Origin: Thermoplasmatales archaeon
GTDB lineage: Archaea; Thermoplasmatota; Thermoplasmata; Thermoplasmatales; GCA-001856825
NCBI GenBank assembly: GCA_026127935.1
Contig: JAJSLL010000001.1
Span: 64,040-128,039, forward strand
Length of the DNA: 64,000 nucleotides
Direction: 5' to 3'
Below, in pieces: positions 8,523-18,824 of this stretch (positions are counted from its first letter, which is position 1; every line of letters begins with the position of its first letter). Both the position numbers and the translations under genes were made by a program. The notes below the pieces were generated by a model. The model made no database searches. It saw only the letters and a list, made by a program, of their open reading frames with translations, and was not told where the DNA came from.

Positions 8523-10511
8523 CTATTTTTTGCTGTTTCCGTCCAGCGGTTCCAGTGAAAATTGCTTTATAGTATGGTTTCGCGGAGATGTGAATGGTTT
8601 GAACTCCTTCCCGTTCCCCTTGTAGAACTTGCTGAAGAATTCCACATAGATTAGCCTTGCGCCCTGAATTCCCGGTTCAAAAATAGCTATTATCAGATTC
8701 AGTAACTGACCAACTATCAGGATCACGAAACCTAGAATCATTAACGGGATGGAATGATGGAGTGAACCTCTGAAGAGGTAATCAAACACGAAAGCCAGTC
8801 CTGCCGAAGCTAGGAGTATTCCCACCAGCCTCGTGTAAGAGAGGATGTGTGAAATTATGGTAGTCACTTCCAGCAACGCCTGGGCCTTTTCCGAGTAAAT
8901 AACGACTCCAAGTCCTATTCCCAACATCGGATAGGCCAGGAGCGCGAGATGGTTGGTAACGGGGTTCAGTCCGCCAGTGTTGTGATATATCACTTCAAGC
9001 CCCAGTATCACTATGGAATACGCAACCATCAGCCAGCCAATCTTCCCGATTGCTTCCTTCATATGGCCGTGGACGTAGTTTATTATGAAGCCGAAGATTA
9101 GTCCAAGGCTGACCATTGCAACTCCAGTATAACCGGAAATGAGGAGCAGTTTCCTCAGGCCAAAGCTGCTGAGTACATTTATGTGAGCATAGGTGGCGTA
9201 AGGATCTCCCGGTAGAGGAGTGCCTGGAATAGGGAATGTGAATCCGAAGTAGGAGTCAAATATGATCCCCAGTGCGATGGCAATTATTGCACCCGGCAAC
9301 ATTGCCTTGGCAAGTATCTTCAGGCTTCTCTTACTCATCATCATGAGGACAAATTTTGCGAGGAATTTGGGTACGTGAGATTTCTTTGGTGGGTGATCCA
9401 CTCTCCTGATCAACCACACGGAGATGATCAGGATGGTTATTCCGTAACCAACGTCTCCAATCATAAGCCCGAAGAATATCGGGAATACGAGCGCGAATAT
9501 CAGCGTTGGATCGATTTCTATGGATTGAGGTAGTGAGTAGAAGCGAATGAAGAACTGGAACAGCCTGATCCCATTAGGATTCTTCAGAGAGGTAGGGGGG
9601 GTCTCTTCCGTCTCTACTTCTTCTATTATGATCTCGTCATACGTCACGCCGTGCAGGGCGGCATTCATTATTCCGAGCTGGTCGTGGGGGACCCAGCCCT
9701 CCATGATGAACGCCCTATCCGTTCCGGAGAGTTTTGATGTGACATCAATTTTCTTGAGTTCAATCTCAAGCTGTTCTCGTATTGCTGCGACGTTCGCATA
9801 ATTCTCCCTCGAGATCTTTCCAATCTCATCCCTGATTCCGCTCAGTCTTTCCTGAGTGTCATCCCTCCTTTTTTCCTCCGAAGAGAGAGAATCCTTAACG
9901 CTCCCCGTTAGGGAGGGAACGGGAATTACATCTATCTTCTCGTTCTTGCAGAGTTCGCCAAACTTGCTCTGGTCGTATTTTGACACGACAGAAATGAGGT
10001 AATCTTTTCCAGTGAAGATGAACAACCTTCCAAAACTACGCAATTTCTCCAGAGTCTCCTCGTCATTCCTTATGGCATATGACGAGACGTTTGATCCGTT
10101 GAGATAACTGAGGTCTCCATCGTAGAATGATATCTTTTCGAGAGTCGCAATGCTCTCGTTGAGGACCTTCAGCGAGGAGAGCGTTGCCCCTTCGTTTTCC
10201 TTGAGCTTCTTCATCCTATCATAAATGTCGATATGTATGGCGGCGCCAACGAGTTCTCTAACATTCTTGAAGAGTTTCTTGTCGATCGACTCATTGGGAT
10301 AAAGGGAGATCTCAAGATCCCTTATCCTTCTCGAAAGTTCGCTCAGTTTGGCATACGATTCGCTCTGAGGCAGAGACGAAACGAGTTCGTTCGATATGGA
10401 AACCGGCTCAACCTGGAAGATGCCCAGGTCATGAAGAGCAGAGAGGATGGCCTCCTCGTTCTTCTTTACAGAATAGATCCTGACCTTCTTCATCTTCCTG
10501 GGAACTAGCAT
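8523..10511 (-). CDS. atpI: A-type ATPase subunit I (a-subunit, stator/proton channel)
   Basis: 662 aa with a hydrophilic coiled N-terminal half and a polytopic C-terminal half. The conserved Arg lies in the context HILSYTRLVGILLAS. It is the last gene of the ATPase operon. Confidence 0.85.
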   Translation of the reverse strand: MLVPRKMKKVRIYSVKKNEEAILSALHDLGIFQVEPVSISNELVSSLPQSESYAKLSELSRRIRDLEISLYPNESIDKKLFKNVRELVGAAIHIDIYDRMKKLKENEGATLSSLKVLNESIATLEKISFYDGDLSYLNGSNVSSYAIRNDEETLEKLRSFGRLFIFTGKDYLISVVSKYDQSKFGELCKNEKIDVIPVPSLTGSVKDSLSSEEKRRDDTQERLSGIRDEIGKISRENYANVAAIREQLEIELKKIDVTSKLSGTDRAFIMEGWVPHDQLGIMNAALHGVTYDEIIIEEVETEETPPTSLKNPNGIRLFQFFIRFYSLPQSIEIDPTLIFALVFPIFFGLMIGDVGYGITILIISVWLIRRVDHPPKKSHVPKFLAKFVLMMMSKRSLKILAKAMLPGAIIAIALGIIFDSYFGFTFPIPGTPLPGDPYATYAHINVLSSFGLRKLLLISGYTGVAMVSLGLIFGFIINYVHGHMKEAIGKIGWLMVAYSIVILGLEVIYHNTGGLNPVTNHLALLAYPMLGIGLGVVIYSEKAQALLEVTTIISHILSYTRLVGILLASAGLAFVFDYLFRGSLHHSIPLMILGFVILIVGQLLNLIIAIFEPGIQGARLIYVEFFSKFYKGNGKEFKPFTSPRNHTIKQFSLEPLDGNSKK

Positions 10512-10512
10512 C

Positions 10513-10830
10513 TCAATCGTTATTCTCCATCACAATGTTTGCAATTTTTTCGACGATTTCCCCTGAAATTTCCTTCCTGAGTTTGCCTGCCTGTTCTTCG
10601 AACCTCTTCTTGATCTGCAGTATCTCAAGGGAAGCCGCCTCCAACTCTTTCCGAACGTGATCGTCGTACGCCCTCTTCGAAATCGCTTCCGTCTCTGCTA
10701 TGATTCTCTTTGCCTCTTCGGCTGCGTTCTTGACTATCTCTTCCCCTCTGGATCTTGCTTTCTCGATCCTCTTTTGCGATTCAATCTCCCTCTCTCTAAT
10801 TGCCTTTAAGGTATCCATTTCATTTGTCAC
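10513..10830 (-). CDS. atpH: A-type ATPase subunit H (peripheral stalk)
   Basis: 105 aa, a highly charged all-helical sequence (..EREIESQKRIEKARSRGEEIVKNAAEEAKRII..). Its position directly upstream of atpI fits. The start is GTG at 10830, or ATG four codons later. Confidence 0.7.
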   Translation of the reverse strand: MTNEMDTLKAIREREIESQKRIEKARSRGEEIVKNAAEEAKRIIAETEAISKRAYDDHVRKELEAASLEILQIKKRFEEQAGKLRKEISGEIVEKIANIVMENND

Positions 10831-10925
10831 GATAAAACCTCCACTATGATAATCAAGGCCAGCATGAACATGAGCACGTTCGCAATCAGGATCAGTCTGG
10901 TCACGAGGAAGAATTTTCTTTGCAT
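10827..10925 (-). CDS. Unannotated 32-aa hydrophobic micro-ORF between atpD and atpH
   Basis: My own translation: MQRKFFLVTRLILIANVLMFMLALIIIVEVLS*. The ATG at 10925 lies 13 nt after the atpD stop. Its TGA overlaps the atpH GTG start as GTGA. It has one predicted TM helix and is too short for the ORF track. Confidence 0.3.
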   Translation of the reverse strand: MQRKFFLVTRLILIANVLMFMLALIIIVEVLS

Positions 10926-10938
10926 GGGATTTGCGAAC

Positions 10939-11610
10939 TTATACGCTCTCCTCACCCCTCTCCCCAATCTTGGCCTTTATGACCTTGAGCGTGATGAATG
11001 TCTCCCTGTCAATTTCATCAAGTTTCATCTTGATGTAGCTGGCCGTTTCAGTCAGCCTAGGGATCAGCACATTCTCTATCGAGTTAGTTCTTCTCTTTGT
11101 CTTATCTATCTCTATGAGTAGCCTCCTCATTGCGACCTCCTTTTCAGCAATCACCAGCAGCCTGTTCAGAAGTTCTACAAAGTTTTCCCTCGTCTCCATC
11201 AACGCGGTCGGAAGTGAAATAAGCTCGTAGAGTTGGTCCATGAAACTGTTCTGTTTGGCCATAGATACTTGTGGGATCTTCACCCCCATCACGTTTTTGG
11301 ATGTGACATCGACCTTCAGTCCAGGCTGGAAAAAGGCCGTGTTTTCTATGATGAGTTTTCCCGATACTATTTCGGCCAGTCTCTCGCTTGCAATTGATTT
11401 CTGTATCAGTTCCGTTACGTTCCCCTTGAGCCCCTTCACTTCCCTGGAAATGGAGAAGAATTCCAGTATGAGCGAAGATCTCTTCAGTTTGAGTAGGTCA
11501 AGCCCTCTCTTGGCCAATTTGATTCTTCCCTTTGTCTTCAGGAGCTCCATTCTGGTGGGGCGAATGTTGGATGTTTCCAAATCACTTCCCCCATTTTCCA
11601 TACCTGTCAA
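10939..11610 (-). CDS. atpD: A-type ATPase subunit D (central stalk)
   Basis: 223 aa with ..[29 protein letters not shown].., typical of V/A-type D subunits. Confidence 0.9.
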   Translation of the reverse strand: MTGMENGGSDLETSNIRPTRMELLKTKGRIKLAKRGLDLLKLKRSSLILEFFSISREVKGLKGNVTELIQKSIASERLAEIVSGKLIIENTAFFQPGLKVDVTSKNVMGVKIPQVSMAKQNSFMDQLYELISLPTALMETRENFVELLNRLLVIAEKEVAMRRLLIEIDKTKRRTNSIENVLIPRLTETASYIKMKLDEIDRETFITLKVIKAKIGERGEESV

Positions 11611-12964
11611 TGAATTCTCTTTTCACTCTCTTCATTTCCCTTTCTGGTAGCGTAGAAAGGGCATCCCATCCGATATCCAATGTTTTCTCTATCGTTCTAT
11701 CTTCGTTGAATCCCTGGTTAACGAACTTGTCTTCGAATAGATTTGCAAAATCTAGGTATTGCCTGTCTTCCTTACCGAGCGCCTCAGTCCCAACTATGGC
11801 GCTCAGGCTTTTGAGGTCTGTTCCCCTACCGTAAGCAGAGTACAGCTGGTCGGCAACGCCTCTGTGATCTTCTCTCGTTCGCCCTTTCCCTATGCCCTGA
11901 TTCATGAGCCTGGATAGCGAAGGAAGAACGTTGATTGGGGGATAGATGCCTTTCCTGTGCAACTCCCTGCTCACGAAAATCTGTCCTTCCGTAATGTATC
12001 CTGTCAGATCTGGGATTGGATGAGTCATATCATCGGATGGCATGGAAAGAATCGGAAGCTGTGTGATTGAACCATTTTTTCCTCTGATCTTTCCTGCCCT
12101 TTCGTAGATCGTTGAGAGATCGGTGTACATGTATCCAGGATAGCCTCTTCTCCCCGGAACTTCTTCCCTTGCGGCTGATATTTCGCGTAGCGCTTCTGCA
12201 TAATTTGTAAGGTCTGTCAGGATAACGAGGACGTGCATCTCCCTCTCGTAAGCCAGATATTCAGCCGCAGTGAGTGCGACCCTTGGAAGGATAATCCTTT
12301 CCATGGATGGGCTAGATGCTAGGTTGAGGAAAAGAACTGACCTCATCAGGGCCCCTGTTTTCCGAAACTCATCTATGAAGAAGTTAGCCTCTTCAGATGT
12401 GATCCCCATCGCTCCAAATATGATAGAGAAACCTTCCGAAGAGCTCAGCACTTTGGCCTGTCTCGCAATCTGTGCGGCGAGTTTATTGTGAGGAAGTCCA
12501 GATCCTGAGAAAATTGGCAACTTCTGTCCCCTGACCAGGGTATTCATCCCATCGATTGTTGAAATTCCCGTTTCTATGAACTCAGACGGCTCTTCCCTTG
12601 AGTAGGGATTGATTGCGTTCCCCACAATCTCTATCTTTTCGTTCGAAACTATTGGGCTCATTCCGTCAAGTGGCTCTCCCAACCCGTTGAACACTCTCCC
12701 AATCATTTCATCAGAAACCGCAATCCTTGCGATGTCTCCCCTGAAACGCACCGTGGTATTCGCCGTGTCCAGTCCTGTGGTTGCCCCGAAAATCTGTACG
12801 ATAGCAGTACCTTTCATCGTGTCCAAAACCTGTCCCTGTCGCACCTCTCCGTTTCCGAGCGTGATCTCAACCATTTCGTTGTATCCAATATTGTCCACCT
12901 TCTCCACGAAGAGCAGAGGTCCCGCAATTTTTGAAACTGTCTTGTATCTTATATCAGCATTCAT
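11582..12964 (-). CDS. atpB: A-type ATPase subunit B
   Basis: 460 aa with strong family-wide conservation (..[15 protein letters not shown].., ..[14 protein letters not shown]..). It overlaps the atpA stop by 4 nt. Confidence 0.95.
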   Translation of the reverse strand: MNADIRYKTVSKIAGPLLFVEKVDNIGYNEMVEITLGNGEVRQGQVLDTMKGTAIVQIFGATTGLDTANTTVRFRGDIARIAVSDEMIGRVFNGLGEPLDGMSPIVSNEKIEIVGNAINPYSREEPSEFIETGISTIDGMNTLVRGQKLPIFSGSGLPHNKLAAQIARQAKVLSSSEGFSIIFGAMGITSEEANFFIDEFRKTGALMRSVLFLNLASSPSMERIILPRVALTAAEYLAYEREMHVLVILTDLTNYAEALREISAAREEVPGRRGYPGYMYTDLSTIYERAGKIRGKNGSITQLPILSMPSDDMTHPIPDLTGYITEGQIFVSRELHRKGIYPPINVLPSLSRLMNQGIGKGRTREDHRGVADQLYSAYGRGTDLKSLSAIVGTEALGKEDRQYLDFANLFEDKFVNQGFNEDRTIEKTLDIGWDALSTLPEREMKRVKREFIDRYGKWGK

Positions 12965-15900
12965 TGCTTATCAGCCCTTCCCTTGATTTCAGACTCCATC
13001 TCTTTGATAAGAGCACCGTAGTAACTGTCAATCTCACTTTCCTTCACTTCCTTGAATCTCGAGAGCTTCTCTTTGAATGGGAGCGAATCCAATTCTGAGA
13101 CTGTCATCCCCTTTGTCACTGCATATTTCTCCATTTCGTCCATGGCAAGGATGGATTTGAGCATCAGGTATTGCTTCTTCAAAGAGCAGTATGTATCTAC
13201 CTCGTCATATGCACTCTGCTGGAGGAAGTCTTCCCTGAGAGACTTTGCAATATCTAGTACCTCCTTTTCGTTCTCTGGAAGGGCATCGTACCCAACCAGT
13301 TGTGCGACTTCTTGCAGTTCCGCCTCTTTTTCCAGAATGGTCATGCTCTTTTGATATGCAGAGTACCAATCGTCTGAAACGTTCTTGTTGAACCATTTGC
13401 TTAATTCTTGGGAATACAGCGAATAACTGTTTAACCAGTTTATCGAAGGAAAATGTCTTCGCTGCGCCAGTGATGCGTCGAGAGCCCAGAAGACTCTGGT
13501 GACTCTCAAAGTGTTTTGGGAAACCGGTTCCGAAGTGTCCCCTCCGGGAGGCGATACCGCCCCGATTACGGTAATAGATCCCCTTCTTTGATCGCTCGAT
13601 ACGACTCTGGCATTGCCTGCTCTTTCGTAGAATTCCGCGATCCTTCTTCCGAGATATGCGGGGTAACCTTCTTCTCCGGGCATTTCTTCAAGTCTCCCCG
13701 AAATTTCTCTAAGGGCCTCTGCCCACCTAGAAGTACTGTCAGCCATCAGTCCCACATCATAGCCCATATCCCTGAAGTACTCTGCAAGGGTAATACCGGT
13801 ATATATGCTGGCCTCTCTTGCCGCCACAGGCATATTTGAAGTGTTTGCTATCAGGGTCGTCCTCTCCATCAGGGGCTTCCCTGTCTTTGGGTCTGTCAAT
13901 CGAGGAAATTCTGTCAACACTTCCGTGGCTTCGTTTCCTCTCTCTCCACATGCGGTATATATTATAACATCTGCATCGGACCATTTCGCAAGCTGTTGTT
14001 GAACTACGGTGTTATGTAGTATGATTCCTCCATACCCACCAACAAAATTTTGTCCATCATCTGGAACCGATACATCATACACCCATACTGGCCCATTCTC
14101 CCTTTCAATACTTAAAATCTCATCGCCGTAGACGAACTCGGATGAGGCAGTTATTGAATTATCAACCTCTGGGAATTCAGGATTAGCTTCTTCCACTATC
14201 TGCATGAAATTTGTAAATTTATTCATGCTCATGTGTTCATTGTTCCCTATGTAGTCATAAATCCCTATTCCGTTCTTAAGCAGCTTTGAATAAGTAGTGT
14301 TCCTGTAGATTTCCGCTATGTATTCTTTTGAAACTGGGGCAATATCGATTGAATCAAAGCCGCGTCTCTTTGAATTGATGTATTTTGCAATCGATGAAAT
14401 CTTTGTGAGATTCTTGGAGAAAATAGATGAAAACTCCTTCAGATCGACAATGTTCCTTACAAATATCCTATAGTACGTTTTTTCCCCAATCGTTCTGGTT
14501 CCTAAGGTATGAATCACTCCAAGTCTAGTCAGGAGATAGGACAACTGGTTTCTTAGTTGAAAGCTCGCAGTCGAAAGTCCGACTTCCCCGTTGCTGAATG
14601 ATCCATTCCCAATAAAATAGGCTTCGAGGAATGCATTCAGAATTCCCTGGCTAGATTTCAACAAAATGTTTGGAATTTGTTTGGTTGACGCTGTCCTGCC
14701 TACTTCAAGTGAGTCCAAGAATTTTACCAGTACGGAATTGTGTACCAAGATGTTTGGAGTCTTATCTGCCTGTAGTTCTAGCTTGGAATGCAGTCCAAAG
14801 ACAAGGGATGTAAGTTCTGAGAACCTGTCTAGCAGGTACTTTTCGGAATTCGTAAAGACCACAGTTTCGTCTCCTCTGATGTAACCTTCAGAGACATAAT
14901 AGCCGATGAATTCGGCCAGTTCTTTAGTGACTTTGGATGGGATAGTTACAGTAGAGCTTCGTTTATCTCCGATCAGAACTCTAGGTAGGGGAGCAGTCAA
15001 CCCCATAGTCTCATAAATGATCTTTAGCCACTTCAGTTTTGGAGCAACGGATTTTGTAGCTCTTGTCAAACTGTACCGTACATTCTTCGGGAGTTCAATT
15101 CTGATATTTTCTGATGAAGCTCTTTTCAACAATTCCGATACGTTCTTTCTGATATCCTCATCCAGGACTCGAACTTCGGGTAGACTGTACAAATCGATCT
15201 CTGAGTCTTGGTTATTGATGGCAATTTTTTTGGCCGATAAGATATAGTTTCCAGGAGATAGGTTTTTGGCCATAGTCTCCTCTATTTTCCCTCTTTCGTT
15301 AACTTTGAATAACTTATGAACAGGAGTTATTCTGACTTCCCTTCCAGTTCGAGTTCTGATCTTAAAGACACTCTCACTCTTGCCTCTGAATATTAATCTA
15401 GATCTGCTTTTGACAATATTGTTTCCTTTGTACGAAAACAGGTCTATCGGTTGAACAAGTTCAAGGTATTCTCCATCCTTATCTATGATCTTGTTCGATG
15501 TTTTTTCGTACTTCTCATAGAGGTCTTCTATCTTTATTAGGGTTCCATCGCCCAAGAGCACCGGCGTATCTCCTGTCACGCACTTTCCTGACCCGAAAGG
15601 TCCAGGGACCGCTACAGTTCCTCCCTTTGCGACGGGGAAGAACGAGTCTATAACCCTTTGCCCCGTAACCAGCGGAGTCTCTGGAGGGAGTTTGCTCTTG
15701 ACGGGTCTCGGTAGACGCACTGGCCATTCCTGACCCAACGGAATTTCTTTGATTCCGGACTTTGACAAAACAGTGCCTACTGTTTGTAGTGGAGTGAACT
15801 CTCCCTCTTCAATCGTTTCAATCGTTCCTTCGATACCATGGGGTACCATTATTCTGTGGTCTATCAGCGAAGTTTCCTTCACTATACCAACTATATCTCC

Positions 15901-16287
15901 CGCAGATACCTTGTCTCCCTTCTTGACGGTTGGATTGAATTTCCATTTTTTCTTCATATCCACTGGTGGCGGGTAGAGTCCCCTTTTGATGAAATCCCCT
16001 CCCTGAGCCCTTATAACATCGAGGGGCCTCTGAACTCCATCATAGATCGATGAGAGCAATCCCGGCGCCAGGACGACCGACAGGGGCTTTCCCGTCGACT
16101 CAACATTCTCTCCGGGTTTGATACCGCTCGTATCTTCGTAGACCTGGATGGTCGCCTTATCTGCCTCCATGCCGATGATCTCTCCAAGGAGTCCCAGTTC
16201 TCCGACTCTGACGACATCGTACATCTTTGCATTCTCAATATCTTCCGCAATAACGACTGGTCCAGCAATTCTCAATATCTTTCCCAT
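12961..16287 (-). CDS. atpA: A-type ATPase catalytic subunit A, interrupted by an intein (1108-aa precursor, 584-aa mature)
   Basis: The N-extein ends ..[10 protein letters not shown] and the C-extein starts [27 protein letters not shown].. Joining them restores the Walker A motif GPFGSGKT. Confidence 0.95.
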   Translation of the reverse strand: MGKILRIAGPVVIAEDIENAKMYDVVRVGELGLLGEIIGMEADKATIQVYEDTSGIKPGENVESTGKPLSVVLAPGLLSSIYDGVQRPLDVIRAQGGDFIKRGLYPPPVDMKKKWKFNPTVKKGDKVSAGDIVGIVKETSLIDHRIMVPHGIEGTIETIEEGEFTPLQTVGTVLSKSGIKEIPLGQEWPVRLPRPVKSKLPPETPLVTGQRVIDSFFPVAKGGTVAVPGPFGSGKCVTGDTPVLLGDGTLIKIEDLYEKYEKTSNKIIDKDGEYLELVQPIDLFSYKGNNIVKSRSRLIFRGKSESVFKIRTRTGREVRITPVHKLFKVNERGKIEETMAKNLSPGNYILSAKKIAINNQDSEIDLYSLPEVRVLDEDIRKNVSELLKRASSENIRIELPKNVRYSLTRATKSVAPKLKWLKIIYETMGLTAPLPRVLIGDKRSSTVTIPSKVTKELAEFIGYYVSEGYIRGDETVVFTNSEKYLLDRFSELTSLVFGLHSKLELQADKTPNILVHNSVLVKFLDSLEVGRTASTKQIPNILLKSSQGILNAFLEAYFIGNGSFSNGEVGLSTASFQLRNQLSYLLTRLGVIHTLGTRTIGEKTYYRIFVRNIVDLKEFSSIFSKNLTKISSIAKYINSKRRGFDSIDIAPVSKEYIAEIYRNTTYSKLLKNGIGIYDYIGNNEHMSMNKFTNFMQIVEEANPEFPEVDNSITASSEFVYGDEILSIERENGPVWVYDVSVPDDGQNFVGGYGGIILHNTVVQQQLAKWSDADVIIYTACGERGNEATEVLTEFPRLTDPKTGKPLMERTTLIANTSNMPVAAREASIYTGITLAEYFRDMGYDVGLMADSTSRWAEALREISGRLEEMPGEEGYPAYLGRRIAEFYERAGNARVVSSDQRRGSITVIGAVSPPGGDTSEPVSQNTLRVTRVFWALDASLAQRRHFPSINWLNSYSLYSQELSKWFNKNVSDDWYSAYQKSMTILEKEAELQEVAQLVGYDALPENEKEVLDIAKSLREDFLQQSAYDEVDTYCSLKKQYLMLKSILAMDEMEKYAVTKGMTVSELDSLPFKEKLSRFKEVKESEIDSYYGALIKEMESEIKGRADKQ
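14011..15582 (-). mobile_element. AtpA (VMA-type) intein, 524 aa, with a LAGLIDADG homing-endonuclease domain
   Basis: It starts at Cys ([10 protein letters not shown]). Block B is TPVH and the C-terminal blocks are [15 protein letters not shown], followed by +1 Thr. Two LAGLIDADG-like motifs are [13 protein letters not shown] and [15 protein letters not shown]. Coordinates were checked codon by codon (tgc at 15582..15580, aac at 14013..14011). Confidence 0.9.
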
Positions 16288-16623
16288 TTACATTCCTCCT
16301 AGGTCCATGTTTATACCCAATACCCTTCTTGCGAGGTTTGAAATACCTTCTTCCTCAGCTCCCTCTGTCACAGGTATGAAAACGACAAGAGGTGAAACGC
16401 TGCTGTAGAGCAGGCTCGTGAATTTCTTATCCAGGGTCCCAGCAAAGCTGTTTGACGAAAGGATCAACCCGAAGTTTCCAGAATGGTAAAGCTCCCTGAG
16501 CTTGTCTGAATAGGAATCTTTATCGACTATGAATGTGTCCTCGACGCCCACCAGCTTGAAGCCGACGGCCAGTTCCCTTTCCCCTATAAAAGCAATTCTT
16601 CCAAACCGCTCATTCTTTACCAT
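16288..16623 (-). CDS. atpF: A-type ATPase subunit F
   Basis: 111 aa (..RIAFIGERELAVGFKLVGVEDTFIV..), located between atpC and atpA. Confidence 0.85.
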   Translation of the reverse strand: MVKNERFGRIAFIGERELAVGFKLVGVEDTFIVDKDSYSDKLRELYHSGNFGLILSSNSFAGTLDKKFTSLLYSSVSPLVVFIPVTEGAEEEGISNLARRVLGINMDLGGM

Positions 16624-16627
16624 TTTT

Positions 16628-17689
16628 TCACCCCAGATTGATTGTTGTCATTTTAATTGTTTCATCGTCTATGTCATAGTATCTGCTGAATGCCAAATTT
16701 CTGATATCTTTCCACTCGGCCTCCGCTCTCAACAGGAATGCGATTATGTTGTTCAATGAGAGGGCACTCATTTCCATGATGTTAACGAACTCCCAGTAGA
16801 GGTTCCTGTTTAGCTCACCCTCGATGCCAACGAGCGAACCCTTTCTCTTGTAGAAATCGAATCCCTTGGAAAAGTCAGAATACCCTTTGATCTTTTGGCT
16901 GAGCTCCTCTACGTCGGTGCTCTTGGCAAGATCATCCACCAGTTGGCTCGACAGACCGCCTCCCGTCAAAAGGTAGTTTGAGACGTTGTGGTTCGCCCTG
17001 AACTCGATGAACTTCAGGATTGTCATTATGTTCTTTACATCTATTGTCCTCTTTATGAATCTGAATATAGGTCCTTCACTCCCCGAATAAAATCGGAACC
17101 TCTCCTTCATCAAGTCGAAATAGTAGAGGTCGAGCGAAAGGAGCAGGGTTGCAATGTTGTTCGTTTTCCTGTACTCGTCCAGATAAGCGAGGAGCGCCTT
17201 TCCATATCCAAATTTGAGTGTGTAGGAGATGATGTCCTCCACGTTGTCCATTGCGATGAGGTTGTGGTAGTCGTTCCTGTCCAGGAGCCCTGCAAAGACT
17301 CCCAGCTGGGTGTTGGCCTCCGATACCAGATAAAGAGCGTTCTCCTCGATCTTTAGATTGAGGTTCTTGGAAACTAGAATCGTCTTGATGTTCTGTATGT
17401 CCCACTTGGTGAGGAACGAAACTATCAGGTCCTTACCGTTCTGTGGGGTGACAGCAAGAGCACGTCTGTTCATCTTTGCAAGATGAAGGTTGTTGGCTGA
17501 TTCTAGGAGGTCCAGTCCCTTGTAATCTGAGGACTCGGAAATGTCTTCACTGTAGCCGTGTCCGTTGACATAGGAAACAAAATCTTCTGGGTTGGAGAGT
17601 CTGTACATTTCTTCGTAGTCCTTCCTCTGGAGAAACTGCGTCTTGGTAACTTTCAGGGTACCATAAGGAAGACCGAAAGAATTCTGCAA
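16628..17689 (-). CDS. atpC: A-type ATPase subunit C
   Basis: 353 aa. Size and operon position between atpE and atpF fit the family. Confidence 0.8.
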   Translation of the reverse strand: MQNSFGLPYGTLKVTKTQFLQRKDYEEMYRLSNPEDFVSYVNGHGYSEDISESSDYKGLDLLESANNLHLAKMNRRALAVTPQNGKDLIVSFLTKWDIQNIKTILVSKNLNLKIEENALYLVSEANTQLGVFAGLLDRNDYHNLIAMDNVEDIISYTLKFGYGKALLAYLDEYRKTNNIATLLLSLDLYYFDLMKERFRFYSGSEGPIFRFIKRTIDVKNIMTILKFIEFRANHNVSNYLLTGGGLSSQLVDDLAKSTDVEELSQKIKGYSDFSKGFDFYKRKGSLVGIEGELNRNLYWEFVNIMEMSALSLNNIIAFLLRAEAEWKDIRNLAFSRYYDIDDETIKMTTINLG

Positions 17690-17693
17690 AAGA

Positions 17694-18263
17694 TCACCCG
17701 TTGATATGGTCCCTTACAACCTTTCTTATCTTATCGCTCTTGTTCCTCACGATCTCTGAAAAAGTCAGATCTATGATCATCTTCCCATCTGCAGAAGTGA
17801 CTATGACTCCTCCGAGTGGACCGATCTTGTCTGAGGTCTTGCTCGAGTCGATCCCCTTTTGCTTCATCCTCGTGGAATCATCCCTGCTAAGGTATACTAC
17901 GGCGTCCTGGCCGAGTATTTTTTTAGAGTTGCCAATCGCCTTCTTCAGGAATTCCAGGTACTCGTCTGTCTTCAATAAATCTACCAACTTAGATCGAAGG
18001 GCTTCCTGATAATTATTCTCGATCTTTTCCCTTTCCTGTTCTAGGAAAGACCTACCCTCAAGAGTTGCCGAAGAAGTCCTCTGTCTCTTTTCAGTTTCGG
18101 CGTCTTCCCTTGCCTTCTCATCATAGCTGGCCCTTATTGCAGACGCCTTGTTCTTCGCATCTTCAATTATTTTCTTTGCTTCCTCTTCACTCTTACTGAT
18201 GAGAGCTTGCTCTTCCTTTTCCGTGTCTTTCTGTATTCTGTCGAGAATTTCTTCTAACGGCAT
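17694..18263 (-). CDS. atpE: A-type ATPase subunit E (peripheral stalk)
   Basis: 189 aa with a charged helical N-terminus (..EEQALISKSEEEAKKIIEDAKNKA..) and a globular C-terminus. Its operon position fits. Confidence 0.8.
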   Translation of the reverse strand: MPLEEILDRIQKDTEKEEQALISKSEEEAKKIIEDAKNKASAIRASYDEKAREDAETEKRQRTSSATLEGRSFLEQEREKIENNYQEALRSKLVDLLKTDEYLEFLKKAIGNSKKILGQDAVVYLSRDDSTRMKQKGIDSSKTSDKIGPLGGVIVTSADGKMIIDLTFSEIVRNKSDKIRKVVRDHING

Positions 18264-18267
18264 AAGC

Positions 18268-18498
18268 TCACAGAATATGCAGGAGTAGGATCAGTCCGAG
18301 CACAAATCCGATTATCCATAATGTCTCCGGTATAACGAAGAAGAACAGAACCTGCCCGAATTTTTCCGGCTTTTCTGCTATTACTCCCATACCCGAAGCA
18401 CCAATTCCGCTTTGTGCCATTCCTGTACCTATAAGTCCACCAGCCATGGCGATCGAGGCGGCGATGGCAAATAGCGCATCAGTAGTCGTAACCACCAT
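18268..18498 (-). CDS. atpK: A-type ATPase proteolipid subunit K (c-subunit, single hairpin)
   Basis: 76 aa with two TM helices and a Gly-rich first helix (GLIGTGMAQSGIGASGMGV). The ion-binding carboxylate lies in FFFVIPETLWIIG. It is the first gene of the operon, with a TATA-like acttttatt about 30 nt upstream. Confidence 0.85.
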   Translation of the reverse strand: MVVTTTDALFAIAASIAMAGGLIGTGMAQSGIGASGMGVIAEKPEKFGQVLFFFVIPETLWIIGFVLGLILLLHIL

Positions 18499-18631
18499 TA
18501 ATATCAGGAGTGCATGTATGAGAGAATAAAAGTATTTTGCAGTCTTTTGGAGCGCTGAAAAATATCAGTGCTAGAAAAGTTCTCTTGAAACAGGATAAGT
18601 TGATATATCTCAAAAAATTTTCTTTCCTATC

Positions 18632-18702
18632 GCGAGTGTAGTGTAGCGGTAGCACAAAAGCTTCCCAAGCTTTTAACCCGGGTTCGAATCCCGGCACTCG
18701 CA
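18632..18702 (+). tRNA. tRNA-Gly (anticodon CCC), 71 nt, no encoded CCA
   Basis: Hand-folded. Acceptor GCGAGTG/CACTCGC, D stem GTGT/GCAC, anticodon stem AAAGC/GCTTT with loop TTCCCAA, and T arm CCGGG-TTCGAAT-CCCGG. Confidence 0.85.
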
Positions 18703-18824
18703 TAACAATCCCTCTGAACATACCTTTTCAAAGGTTAGGAAAATATTGGGCCACATCTTGCTATTCCCATCAACAGTTTCAATGTGAAGCCAATTTGTTG
18801 TTCATTTATTAATATAAAGACGCA

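Noticed and set aside
10846-11121. 91-aa plus-strand ORF spanning the atpD/atpH gap.
   Set aside because: It is antisense to atpD and to the operon direction. The minus-strand 32-aa micro-ORF explains the gap better.
12270-16408. Many 60-125-aa ORFs in the track inside or antisense to atpA/atpB, for example 12270..12491, 12609..12986, 13052..13354, 13516..13839, 14666..14884, 15017..15247 and 16148..16408.
   Set aside because: They lie within strongly conserved ATPase coding sequence on the other strand or frame, and their translations are low-complexity with no motifs. The same holds for shadow ORFs inside tnpB, the DUF255 gene, atpI, gltX, pheT, GH31, the surface-protein gene and the 675-aa gene.
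18479-18721. 80-aa minus-strand ORF.
   Set aside because: It is antisense to, and fully covers, the well-folding tRNA-Gly (18632..18702), so it is an ORF-caller artefact.
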